IMG/VR virus record: IMGVR_UViG_3300023180_000017
Length of the DNA: 64,000 nt
From: a virus
Direction: 5' to 3' (one strand)
The translations under genes were made by a program, and so were the position numbers. The notes under the pieces were generated by a model. It was not told the origin of the DNA and made no database searches. It saw nothing but the letters and a program-made list of their open reading frames with translations. This document shows positions 8,321 to 17,217 of this stretch, one piece after another (the first letter of the stretch is position 1; each line of letters starts with the position of its first letter).

Positions 8321-8945
8321 AATGCTTTGCTATATTTTCCTCTATACTTTCTTGTCCATTTAATAAAGCAATTGTTGCCTTTGGTTTTATCTTTCCGCCG
8401 TCAAACCAAAAGGAATATACTTCTCCTTCTGGGAAGTGTTCAAAAGTAAATCCCTCATGAAATAGAAATCTATCATCTCCTGCATATTTTACCATATAAT
8501 AGTCGGAGTTTTCCTTCCAATAATTATATATGTGAGTAGCATCTTGCCACATCATGACACTAGAGTTATAGTTACTTAAATAATTATAAGACCAGTCTTT
8601 AGATTTGATGAACGCTAGATCATTAGGTTTCCAATAAGTATAACAAATCATAGGGGTTTTGTCAAGCATTTTAAAAAAATTATCTACATTTTTTTGTATA
8701 CGAATATCTAAATCTAGGTACAATACAGAGCCTAGATTATTATAACGCATTAACTTAACCTTTTCCCAATGTCCTTCTATTTCCCAAGTTATAGGAATAA
8801 CTTGTATATTTGGATCTAGACCCTCAGGATTATCTGTGACACAGACAAAATTGTGGGGTCTTGTTTTTTCATAAATAGAATTAACGTCATTCGACGTGTA
8901 TTTGTTTCCGTATTTTAATGTTAAAATGGTGTTCATTGTAATCAA
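8289..8945 (-). CDS. Phage GT-A glycosyltransferase (KWG-KY family)
   Basis: LKYGNKY, CVTDN, HWEKV, LYLDLD, NSSVMMW, GDDRFL; likely ATG at 8936. Confidence 0.8.
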   Translation of the reverse strand: MITMNTILTLKYGNKYTSNDVNSIYEKTRPHNFVCVTDNPEGLDPNIQVIPITWEIEGHWEKVKLMRYNNLGSVLYLDLDIRIQKNVDNFFKMLDKTPMICYTYWKPNDLAFIKSKDWSYNYLSNYNSSVMMWQDATHIYNYWKENSDYYMVKYAGDDRFLFHEGFTFEHFPEGEVYSFWFDGGKIKPKATIALLNGQESIEENIAKHYDELYLHQMG

Positions 8946-8952
8946 AATTTCT

Positions 8953-8960
8953 TATAAATA
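8953..8960 (+). promoter_or_regulatory. T4-type late promoter
   Basis: TATAAATA upstream of the fibre operon. Confidence 0.8.
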
Positions 8961-8979
8961 ACAAAAGTAATAGGAAAAG

Positions 8980-9309
8980 TTGATGGCTACCGTAAAAAAC
9001 ATTGTTATAGATCAGGGTACTACCTTCGATTTCACAATAGGACTAACTAATGACGATGGATCTGGTAAAGATCTATCTAATTATACAGTACGCGCTCAAC
9101 TTAGAAAAAGCTATTACTCTAATACTTATACAAGTTTTACAACCTCTAAAGTAGATTTAGAAGGCGAAATAACCATTTCATTAACTGCTACACAAACTTC
9201 CGAATTGAAGGCTGGAAGATATGTGTATGATATAGAGATTGAAGGAAATAGTGAAACGGTTAGAGTTTTAGAGGGTATTATAACCATAACTCCGGAGGTA
9301 ACACGATAA
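8980..9309 (+). CDS. Virion structural Ig-like adaptor protein (BppU N-terminal-like)
   Basis: IDQGTTF...DLSNYTVRAQLRK...GRYVYDIEI...RVLEGIITITPEVTR, a pattern common in T4-like tail regions. Confidence 0.65.
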   Translation: MMATVKNIVIDQGTTFDFTIGLTNDDGSGKDLSNYTVRAQLRKSYYSNTYTSFTTSKVDLEGEITISLTATQTSELKAGRYVYDIEIEGNSETVRVLEGIITITPEVTR

Positions 9310-9545
9310 TGGCAACATTTAAGGTAACAGTACCTTTAACGAATAGAAGTGGAACAGTTTCTAATGTTACAACAAAGTCTAAAGTTACCACAGCTACAAC
9401 CTTAGATAATTTAAATGGTGTAGATACAGCTGGGGCAGAAGATGGTTATACATTGGTTTATGACGCAGCAACAGGAAACTGGGAGGCAGCACCCGCTAGT
9501 GAGTTGGCAACAACGGTAACAAGATTGGATGGCGGTACTTACTAA
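9309..9545 (+). CDS. Small fibre/adaptor protein ending LDGGTY
   Basis: 78 aa; LDNLNGVD..DGYTLVYD...GNW trimer-type motif. Confidence 0.65.
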   Translation: MATFKVTVPLTNRSGTVSNVTTKSKVTTATTLDNLNGVDTAGAEDGYTLVYDAATGNWEAAPASELATTVTRLDGGTY

Positions 9546-9599
9546 ATTATATTATATTATTTTAGCTAAAATAAAAATTTTTAATTAGGAGAAAAATAA

Positions 9600-11090
9600 A
9601 TGGCAACAGTTATTCAGATTAAAAGATCTAGTGGTGTAGCCGCACCTACTACAAGTGACTTAGCCGAAGCCGAATTAGCGTATAGCCAAGATGCATCCAA
9701 TGACGGTGCAAGTGCTATTATGTACATTGAGTCCTTGGACTCAAACGGCTCAGCGGTTATTCAGAAAGTAGGTGGTAAATACTACACTGATCTTGTTGAT
9801 GGAGCTACAAACTCCAACACAGCCTCTGCTATTGTTAAGAGGGATTCCTCAGGCAACTTTACAGCAGGCACAATTACTGCTGACTTAACCGGTGATGTAA
9901 CTGGTACGGTTAGTGATGTAAGCAACCACGACACAGATGACATTAGTGAGGGTTCAACCAACCTTTACTTTACAGATGCAAGAGCAAGAAGTGCAATCAG
10001 TGTTGGTGGTGATTTAAGTTACGACTCCTCAACAGGTGTTATTAGCTTCACAAACGACGCTGGTGACATTGAGAGTGTTGTAGCAGGTACAGGTTTAACA
10101 GGTGGTGGCACATCAGGAGACGTTACACTTAACGTTGATATGTCAGCATTTGATACCGATGATTTAGGCGAAGGTTCTTCTAACCTTTACTTTACAGATG
10201 CAAGAGCACAAGGTGCTATTTCAGTAGACTCTACACTTAGCAAGTCGGCAGGACAAATTAGCATGCCGGCTACCGGTGTTACTGCTACTTCTTATGGTTC
10301 TACAACAGCGATTCCTGTTATTACAGTTGACGCACAAGGTAGAATTACATCAGCAAGTACAGCAGCAATTGCTACATCATTTGATATTTCAGATGGTTCA
10401 AACACTGATACAGTTAACGGTGGTGAAACTCTTACTTTTGCAGGAACATCTAACGAAACAGATGTTACTGTTTCTGGTAACCAAGTAGCAATTGGTCTTG
10501 TTACTAACCCAACAATTGGTGGTAACTTAACAGTTTCTGGTAACTTAACAGTAGCTGGTACTACTACACAGGTTGACACCACAAACTTAACAGTTAGCGA
10601 TCCTTTGTTCCAATTAGCTTCTGGCAACAATAGCTCAGATGCAGTAGACATTGGTTTCTTCGGTTTATATGACACCTCAGGCTCTCAAGACCTTTATGCA
10701 GGTTTATTCAGAGACGCTAACGATGGTAAGTGGAAGCTGTTTAAAGACACACAATCTGCACCTACAACAACTGTAGACACATCAGCAACAGGTTACTCTG
10801 TAGCTACAATGGTAGCAAACATTGAGGGTGATGTTACTGGTGACTTGACAGGTGATGTAACCGGTAATGTTACTGGTTCATTATCAGGCGGTACAGTTTC
10901 TGGGTTGTCAGCAGCAATTGGTGTTGCAGACGGTGGTACAGGAGCTACTTCGTTTACATCTAACGGTATCGTATACGGTAACGGTACAGGCGCTTTACAA
11001 GTTACAGCAGCCGGTGCCAATGGACAGTTCTTGGTTTCTAATAACGGAACACCTGAGTGGGCATCTACTTTAGATGGTGGTTCTTATTAA
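9600..11090 (+). CDS. Tail/whisker fibre protein
   Basis: SD AGGAG; N-terminal IQIKRSSG..PTTSDL..AELAY; TDDxxEGSxNLYFTDARA repeats; GNLTVSG, GDVTG and DGGTGA fibre motifs; ends LDGGSY. Confidence 0.8.
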   Translation: MATVIQIKRSSGVAAPTTSDLAEAELAYSQDASNDGASAIMYIESLDSNGSAVIQKVGGKYYTDLVDGATNSNTASAIVKRDSSGNFTAGTITADLTGDVTGTVSDVSNHDTDDISEGSTNLYFTDARARSAISVGGDLSYDSSTGVISFTNDAGDIESVVAGTGLTGGGTSGDVTLNVDMSAFDTDDLGEGSSNLYFTDARAQGAISVDSTLSKSAGQISMPATGVTATSYGSTTAIPVITVDAQGRITSASTAAIATSFDISDGSNTDTVNGGETLTFAGTSNETDVTVSGNQVAIGLVTNPTIGGNLTVSGNLTVAGTTTQVDTTNLTVSDPLFQLASGNNSSDAVDIGFFGLYDTSGSQDLYAGLFRDANDGKWKLFKDTQSAPTTTVDTSATGYSVATMVANIEGDVTGDLTGDVTGNVTGSLSGGTVSGLSAAIGVADGGTGATSFTSNGIVYGNGTGALQVTAAGANGQFLVSNNGTPEWASTLDGGSY

Positions 11091-11102
11091 TTTAAATTAA
11101 CA

Positions 11103-11128
11103 AGGGGGGTTTAGCCCCCCTACATTTT
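11103..11128 (+). terminator. Probable intrinsic terminator
   Basis: AGGGGGGT-TTA-GCCCCCCT stem-loop followed by ACATTTT, just after the fibre gene. Confidence 0.6.
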
Positions 11129-11131
11129 GGA

Positions 11132-11677
11132 GTGAAAATGGAAGCACAAAATACAAATGATGCCTTAATTAATGAATATATTAAAAGTTTATCAAAGGCG
11201 TTAACTGATAAAACAATGGAATCTGTTTTACATGAGGCAAAGTATAAACAGGCAAGCGTAGAACTTGAAAAGGCTAACAATTACATTGTTGAACTTAGAA
11301 ATAGTTTTGAAGAACAAACAGAGGTTTCTACTAAAAAAGGTTCAGATGAGATTGAAGGTCTTCTAGATACAACAAGGGTTTTGGAAGAAAAAAATGCGAA
11401 ACTTTTAGAAAAAGTTGAGCGTTTAAAAGAAGATAATAAAAATCTTTTGGCAAAGGTTGAAGGAAAGCCAACAGAGATTGTTGTAGACGAAGCTAGAGTA
11501 AAACATTATGAAAATACTAATGCTATACTTAGCAGAGAATTAGAGCAGGCAGATAAAAAAATTGAGTCATTAAAATTACAGTTAGCACAATATTTAGAAA
11601 CACAGGAGAATTTAAATGGCGATAGTAATCAAGCCCAAGAGATCGGAGACAGCAAGCTCGATTCCGACTACAAGTGA
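11132..11677 (+). CDS. Coiled-coil protein (possible fibre chaperone)
   Basis: Heptad-rich E/K/L sequence, SD GGAG; probable ATG at 11138. Confidence 0.6.
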   Translation: MKMEAQNTNDALINEYIKSLSKALTDKTMESVLHEAKYKQASVELEKANNYIVELRNSFEEQTEVSTKKGSDEIEGLLDTTRVLEEKNAKLLEKVERLKEDNKNLLAKVEGKPTEIVVDEARVKHYENTNAILSRELEQADKKIESLKLQLAQYLETQENLNGDSNQAQEIGDSKLDSDYK

Positions 11678-11972
11678 TCTAGAGGTCGGCGAATTTGCTA
11701 TTAACACAGCCGATAAAAAGCTGTATGTTAGAGATTCTAGCGATAATATAAAAGCTATTGGGGGTGGGTTAGCAGTCAATGACGGAAGTACATCAGCAGA
11801 TGTTAGTACCATATCTTTCTTGGATACTACATTCGGAAACTTTACCGTCGACACAACCACATCCGCAGGAACTGCAATTGTTCGCTGTACTCAAACAGCA
11901 GATTTAGATTATGGATCGATCACAGATTCTGTTATTGGTTATAACTCAGTAGATTACGGAGGGTTAACCTAA
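11616..11972 (+). CDS. Small fibre/adaptor protein
   Basis: IKPKRSETASSIPTTSDLEVGEFAINTADKKLY N-domain; C-terminal DYGSI..DYGGLT. Confidence 0.7.
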   Translation: MAIVIKPKRSETASSIPTTSDLEVGEFAINTADKKLYVRDSSDNIKAIGGGLAVNDGSTSADVSTISFLDTTFGNFTVDTTTSAGTAIVRCTQTADLDYGSITDSVIGYNSVDYGGLT

Positions 11973-12196
11973 TGGCAGCGAGAGTAAAATTAAGACGTGG
12001 TACTACAACACAACATGCCTCCTTTACAGGGTCGCAGGCTGAAGTTACTGTAAATACCACTAAAAATACTTTGGTACTACATGACGGTAGCACACAGGGG
12101 GGACACGAGATATTGAGAGCAGATTTAGATAATCTGCCTAGCAACGCTACAATACCCGGGGCCCAGGTTGATGCACTTGACGGTGGAACATACTAG
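11972..12196 (+). CDS. Mtd N-terminal-domain-like small adaptor ending LDGGTY
   Basis: LRRGTTTQHASFTGSQAEVTVNTTKNTLVLHDGSTQGG. Confidence 0.7.
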   Translation: MAARVKLRRGTTTQHASFTGSQAEVTVNTTKNTLVLHDGSTQGGHEILRADLDNLPSNATIPGAQVDALDGGTY

Positions 12197-12207
12197 GAGA
12201 ATAGACA

Positions 12208-13932
12208 ATGCCAACAATATTACAATTAAGACGTGGTACAACAACAGAACACGCGTCGTTTACAGGCTCTGAAGGTGAAGTAACCGTCAACACTTCTAAA
12301 GATACTTTAGTAGTTCATGATGGCAGTACCCAAGGGGGATTTGAGATAGCATTAGCAGACGGTTCTAACCTGACAGGCGCTAGTGGTATTGATACAGATA
12401 ATCTCTCTGAGGGTTCTAGTAATCTTTACCATACAACAGCAAGAGCAAGATCAGCAATTAGTGTAAGTGGAGACTTAACATATGATAGCAGCACAGGTGT
12501 TATTAGTTTTACTAATGATGCAGGTGATATTGAAAGTGTAGCTGCGGGCTCTGGTTTAACCGGAGGCGGTACAACCGGAGAAGTTACACTTAATATTGGA
12601 GCAGGAACAGGTATTACTGTTAATGCTGATGATATTGCAGTTAATATGTCGGCGTTTGACACCGATGATTTATCAGAAGGTTCAACAAACGTCTACTACA
12701 CAGATGCTAGAGTAAAATCTTTATTAACAACCTTAGACGGAAGTATTGTGCCTAGTGCAGATGTTACTTACGACTTGGGTTCATCTACAAAGCAATGGAG
12801 GGATATTTATGTAGGTCCTGGTTCGTTATATGTTAACGGACAACAGGTTGTATCCGATAACTCAGGTACTATTACAATTTCTGCAGACTCCAACCAAAAC
12901 GTTGCTGTACAAACTAGCGGATCTGGTGATATTGAACTTGATCCTACAGGTTCAGGTACTGTTCAAATTAAAGGTACACTTCAAATTGAAGATGGACAAA
13001 ACATTACAAACAGTGCAGGAAACGATATTACATTTGCTAACAACATTAAAGTTGATCAGATTACAACCAAATCTACTGATACTAACCTAGTATTAAGTGG
13101 TAACGGTACAGGTAATGTAACTGTTAATGACGACATCAACATTACAGGTAACCTAACAGTAGGCGGTACAACCACTACAGTTAACTCTGAGACTATTAAT
13201 TTAGCAGACAATACTATTGTTTTAAACAGTAACTTTACATCTGGTTCACCCACAGAAGATGCTGGACTTAGCATCAGCAGAGGCGGTTCAACTGCCAAAA
13301 CATTCTTGTGGGACGAAACAAATGATAAGTGGACGATTGGTTCAGAGACATTTGTAGCTGGAACAGTTGAAGCAAACTTAACAGGTGACGTAACCGGTGA
13401 TGTTACAGGTAATGCCGACACAGCAACAGCACTAGCAACTGCCAGAACTATTGGTGGAGTTAGTTTTGATGGTACTGCTAACATCAACTTACCAGGTGTT
13501 AACGCAGCCGGTAACCAAGATACCTCAGGAAATGCTGCCACAGCAACTGCTTTAGAAACTGCAAGAACTATTGGTGGAGTATCATTTGATGGTACTGCTA
13601 ATATCAACTTGCCTGGAGTTAACACAGCCGGTGACCAAGATACCTCAGGAAATGCAGCTACAGCAACATCTGCAGCAGCCTGGACAACAGCTAGAACTCT
13701 TAGCTTAGGCGGAGATTTATCTGGTTCAGTTAGTATAGATGGAAGTGCTAATGCTTCATTAACTGCAACAATTGGTGCAGGTACAGTAGAGTTTGCCATG
13801 TTAGCAGGTGCTAATGTTCAGACAAGCGGTGAGTCCTTTAGTGATTCAGATACTGTTTTGATGACAGCAGCAGCAGCTAATAGCAGATTTAGAATCAACA
13901 TATATGATTCTAGTGGTACATTATTAAACTAA
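12208..13932 (+). CDS. Tail/whisker fibre protein with an Mtd-N-like domain
   Basis: Same LRRGTT..HDGSTQGG N-domain; TDDLSEGS repeats; YDLGSSTKQWRDIY; ARTIGGVSFDGTANI repeats. Confidence 0.8.
   Translation: MPTILQLRRGTTTEHASFTGSEGEVTVNTSKDTLVVHDGSTQGGFEIALADGSNLTGASGIDTDNLSEGSSNLYHTTARARSAISVSGDLTYDSSTGVISFTNDAGDIESVAAGSGLTGGGTTGEVTLNIGAGTGITVNADDIAVNMSAFDTDDLSEGSTNVYYTDARVKSLLTTLDGSIVPSADVTYDLGSSTKQWRDIYVGPGSLYVNGQQVVSDNSGTITISADSNQNVAVQTSGSGDIELDPTGSGTVQIKGTLQIEDGQNITNSAGNDITFANNIKVDQITTKSTDTNLVLSGNGTGNVTVNDDINITGNLTVGGTTTTVNSETINLADNTIVLNSNFTSGSPTEDAGLSISRGGSTAKTFLWDETNDKWTIGSETFVAGTVEANLTGDVTGDVTGNADTATALATARTIGGVSFDGTANINLPGVNAAGNQDTSGNAATATALETARTIGGVSFDGTANINLPGVNTAGDQDTSGNAATATSAAAWTTARTLSLGGDLSGSVSIDGSANASLTATIGAGTVEFAMLAGANVQTSGESFSDSDTVLMTAAAANSRFRINIYDSSGTLLN
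13411..13670 (+). repeat. 120-bp tandem coding duplication
   Basis: 13441-13560 and 13561-13680 are nearly identical, encoding ARTIGGVSFDGTANINLPGVNxAGxQDTSGNAATAT twice. Confidence 0.85.
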
Positions 13933-13944
13933 TAGGTTAAATAT

Positions 13945-14256
13945 ATGAATAATGTCGTCATAAAACCTAAAAGAAGTGAGACAGCTTCATCCTCTCCTAC
14001 TGCTAGTGATCTAGCAGTGGGGGAAATGGCTATCAATCTCTCTGATAAAGCAATATTTGTTAAAGACTCAAATGGTAACATTGTGCAAGTTAGCAATTAT
14101 TCTGTATCAGATCCGAGTCTTGTATTTCCAACAGGAGATCTAGGCTCTTTGTCTAGCGGAACGGATGCTTTTGGAGTTAGTTTAGTCGCTAACTTTGATA
14201 ATAAAGTAACTCCCGGAGGACAAGAAAAAACAGAAGATTTAGGAGCATTAAGTTAA
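13945..14256 (+). CDS. Small fibre/adaptor protein, paralogue of 11616-11972
   Basis: IKPKRSETASSSPTASDLAVGEMAIN; DLGSL..DLGALS. Confidence 0.7.
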   Translation: MNNVVIKPKRSETASSSPTASDLAVGEMAINLSDKAIFVKDSNGNIVQVSNYSVSDPSLVFPTGDLGSLSSGTDAFGVSLVANFDNKVTPGGQEKTEDLGALS

Positions 14257-15224
14257 TGGCATTATCTACAAGGCAAGAACTTATTGATTACTGTCTCAGG
14301 AGGCTAGGGTTTCCTGTTATAGAGATCAATGTTGATGAAGATCAAATCAATGATAGGATTGACGATGCCTTGCAGTATTGGCAAGAGTATCATTTCGATG
14401 GTACAGAAAGAACTTATGTTCAGCACGAGATAACAGGAAGCAAATTAAATTTACAGGCTCCTGTGGCAAGTAACTTTAACAAAGGAGAGAAAGTTACAGG
14501 GAATACATCTGGTGCAACAACTGTTATACATGCCGCAAGTGGTTCTGAAATAACTGTAGAAAAAGTTTCTGGAACATTTCAAGCAGGTGAGCAAATTCAA
14601 GGCTCAGAATCTGGATACGTTGCTACTTTATCTTCGGGGTCTCATTATGAAGAGGGAGATATTGAAAAGGGTTGGATCCCAATTTCCAATGGCATTACAG
14701 GTATTGTGAGGCTGTTTAATTTTGGAGGTGCAGCCACAGCTAACACAAGAGACGGCAACCTCTTTGATATTATGTATCAGTTTAGACAAAATGATCTATA
14801 TAATCTAATGGGTGCGGATATGCAATATTATACAATAGTGCAATCTCACTTAACAACATTAGAACAATTATTAGTATCATCTAGACAGATTAGATGGAAT
14901 AGAAAAACTAATAAACTTTATATAGATACAGATTGGGATAAAACATTCAACCCTGGTGACTATGTTGTTGCTGAGGCATACGCAATTTTAGACCCTGCAG
15001 ATTATGCCGAAGTATATGATGACATGTTCCTTAAAAAATATGCCACCGCTCTCATTAAAAGACAGTGGGGCGAAAATATGAAAAAGTTTGGGGGGATACA
15101 ATTACCAGGAGGAGTTACACTCAACGGAGATCAAATATTTCAAGAAGCAGTGCAGGAAATAAATATTATAGAAGATGAAATGCAAAAGAGATATGAATTG
15201 CCTCCAACGTTTATGGTAGGATAA
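14256..15224 (+). CDS. gp13: Neck protein gp13
   Basis: RQELIDYCLRRLGFPVIEINV; YATALIKRQWGENMKKF.GIQLPGGVTLNG. Confidence 0.93.
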   Translation: MALSTRQELIDYCLRRLGFPVIEINVDEDQINDRIDDALQYWQEYHFDGTERTYVQHEITGSKLNLQAPVASNFNKGEKVTGNTSGATTVIHAASGSEITVEKVSGTFQAGEQIQGSESGYVATLSSGSHYEEGDIEKGWIPISNGITGIVRLFNFGGAATANTRDGNLFDIMYQFRQNDLYNLMGADMQYYTIVQSHLTTLEQLLVSSRQIRWNRKTNKLYIDTDWDKTFNPGDYVVAEAYAILDPADYAEVYDDMFLKKYATALIKRQWGENMKKFGGIQLPGGVTLNGDQIFQEAVQEINIIEDEMQKRYELPPTFMVG

Positions 15225-15225
15225 G

Positions 15226-15975
15226 ATGCCTACAAATTTTTATTTTCAATCAGGCGATGCAATTGGAGTTACCTCTGAACAACGTCTTATTGAAGACCTA
15301 ATCATAGAGTCCTTAAAAATATACGGACACGACATCTATTACATGCCTAGAACGCTTGTAAATGAAGATACTATCTTTGATGAAGATCAGTTATCTCAAT
15401 TTACACAGGCATATCCTTTAGAAATGTATTTGGAAAATGTAAACGGCTTCGAGGGAGAAGGAGAGCTGTTTAGTAAGTTTGGTATAGAGATAAGAGATCA
15501 AGCTACCTTTATATTGGCAAGACGTAGATGGGAAGAAATGGTTCACTCTACAGAGGGAGAATTTCAGTTAGATTCTCGTCCTGTCGAAGGAGATCTTTTA
15601 TATTTTCCAAAGACAAATTCTATATTTGAAATTAAGTACGTGGAGTTTGCGGACCCTTTTTATCAGGCAGGCAAGCTATATGTATTTAAATTGCAATGTG
15701 AATTGTTTGTATACAGTTCAGAGGTTCTCGATACTGGAACAGATGCAGATGATATCATGGAGACAAACAGTCTAGATATGTTACGATATCAATTCTTACT
15801 TGAGGACGGCGGACTGTTTACTTTGGAAGATGCTAGTACAATGATATTAGAAGAATACTCATCACAAAAAACTAATGCCAATACAGATAATGAGGATTTC
15901 GCAAATCTAAATTCCGTTGAGGGTATATTAGATTTCTCTGAAAGAAATCCGTTTGGAGAGCTATTAGATGTTTAA
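15226..15975 (+). CDS. gp14: Neck protein gp14
   Basis: EQRLIEDLIIESLKIYG.DIYYMPR; RPVEGDLLYFP; DFSERNPFG. Confidence 0.93.
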   Translation: MPTNFYFQSGDAIGVTSEQRLIEDLIIESLKIYGHDIYYMPRTLVNEDTIFDEDQLSQFTQAYPLEMYLENVNGFEGEGELFSKFGIEIRDQATFILARRRWEEMVHSTEGEFQLDSRPVEGDLLYFPKTNSIFEIKYVEFADPFYQAGKLYVFKLQCELFVYSSEVLDTGTDADDIMETNSLDMLRYQFLLEDGGLFTLEDASTMILEEYSSQKTNANTDNEDFANLNSVEGILDFSERNPFGELLDV

Positions 15976-16768
15976 GAATAAAACATTTTACAACCAACAC
16001 ATAAAAAAGGCTATTATAGCTTTTGGTACCATCTTTAATAATATAAACATTGAAAGGAAGGATAGTGATGGTGTAGTTAATCAGTCGCTAAGGGTTCCTT
16101 TGGCATACTCAACAAAACAAAAGTTTTTATCTAGAATTAGAGCTGTGCCTGATGAACAGTTCAGAGATGTTCAATTAATTCTTCCTAGAATGGGTTTTGA
16201 AATAACTTCTTTAACATATGATCCTTCTAGAAAGATATCACCCATACAAAAAAATAGAGCAGTTGGTGCCGGAGACGACACTAATACAGTTAGACAGTCT
16301 TTTGTTTCTACTCCATATAATATGCAGCTGTCTTTATATGTGTTTGCTAAAAATCAAGAAGATGCTTTACAAATTGTAGAGCAAATTTTCCCATACTTTA
16401 ATCCAGATTTCAATGTTACAGTTAATGAACTTCCTGAACTAGGTATTAAAAGAGACATTAAAATCACATTAGACAGCGTAGATTATGAGGACCAATATGA
16501 AGGAGATTTCTCTCAAAGACAGAGTATTATTTGGACTTTAAATTTTAATATGAGAATTAATTTCTTTGGCTATGTAGGATCAGCAACCGTTATTAAAGAG
16601 TCTATTGCAAGGCTTTATACAGATATAAACTTAGATGCCTTAAAGCAAGTAAAAGTTTCTGGTGCTATAGGTTCTGATGGAACTATAAATAAAGAGTTAA
16701 CTCCAGCAGATGATTATGATTACATAACCAACATATTGGAAAGTTTTGAGGGTGAAGATGTCGGCTGA
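15968..16768 (+). CDS. gp15: Tail sheath stabiliser/terminator gp15
   Basis: IIAFGTIFNNI; VPLAY..KQKF; LPRMGFEI; QIVEQIFPYFNP. Confidence 0.92.
   Translation: MFKNKTFYNQHIKKAIIAFGTIFNNINIERKDSDGVVNQSLRVPLAYSTKQKFLSRIRAVPDEQFRDVQLILPRMGFEITSLTYDPSRKISPIQKNRAVGAGDDTNTVRQSFVSTPYNMQLSLYVFAKNQEDALQIVEQIFPYFNPDFNVTVNELPELGIKRDIKITLDSVDYEDQYEGDFSQRQSIIWTLNFNMRINFFGYVGSATVIKESIARLYTDINLDALKQVKVSGAIGSDGTINKELTPADDYDYITNILESFEGEDVG
16684..16691 (+). promoter_or_regulatory. T4-type late promoter inside gp15, upstream of the terminase genes
   Basis: TATAAATA. Confidence 0.55.
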
Positions 16769-17210
16769 AAATCCATTTGAGAAATTAGATAAAAAATTTA
16801 AAACAAGTCCTACGGCTGCTTTAGATAAGACATTAACTAAAGTTAGGGAAGAAAAGGATTTGCCTGTTCCTGCTGAAACGCATGATAAGCAGTTAGAATC
16901 AGATTTTCAAGAAGCCAGAGATATTTTAAAAAGAACAGCTACTTATAGTGAAGAGGCAATACAGGGCATCCTTAATATCGCAAAAAATAGTGATCACCCT
17001 AGGGCTTATGAGGTTGCAGGACAGTTAATTAAAACTCTACAAGACAATGCACAGGGTATGTTAGACGTGCAGGACAAAGCAAAAAGAGTTAAAGGTGAGA
17101 CAGGAAAGTCTTCAAAGGTAACAAATAATAATCTATTTGTTGGAAGCACAAAAGATCTTTTAAAGGCACTTGGTAGAGAAGAAAAAGATCCGAAAGTTAT
17201 TGAGGGGTAA
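16758..17210 (+). CDS. gp16: Terminase small subunit gp16
   Basis: SDHPRAYEVAGQLIK; NNNLFVGSTKDL; start at MSAENP (the track gives 16746). Confidence 0.92.
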   Translation: MSAENPFEKLDKKFKTSPTAALDKTLTKVREEKDLPVPAETHDKQLESDFQEARDILKRTATYSEEAIQGILNIAKNSDHPRAYEVAGQLIKTLQDNAQGMLDVQDKAKRVKGETGKSSKVTNNNLFVGSTKDLLKALGREEKDPKVIEG

Positions 17211-17217
17211 ATAAAGT

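Noticed and set aside
13056-13799. 247-aa minus-strand ORF and similar antisense ORFs over fibre, capsid and replication genes
   Set aside because: Antisense shadows caused by codon bias of the plus-strand genes; no RBS, promoter or motifs
11972-13932. Diversity-generating retroelement, because of the Mtd-N-like domains
   Set aside because: No reverse transcriptase and no adenine-specific template/variable repeat pair in the window; the 120-bp duplication is tandem with mostly synonymous differences
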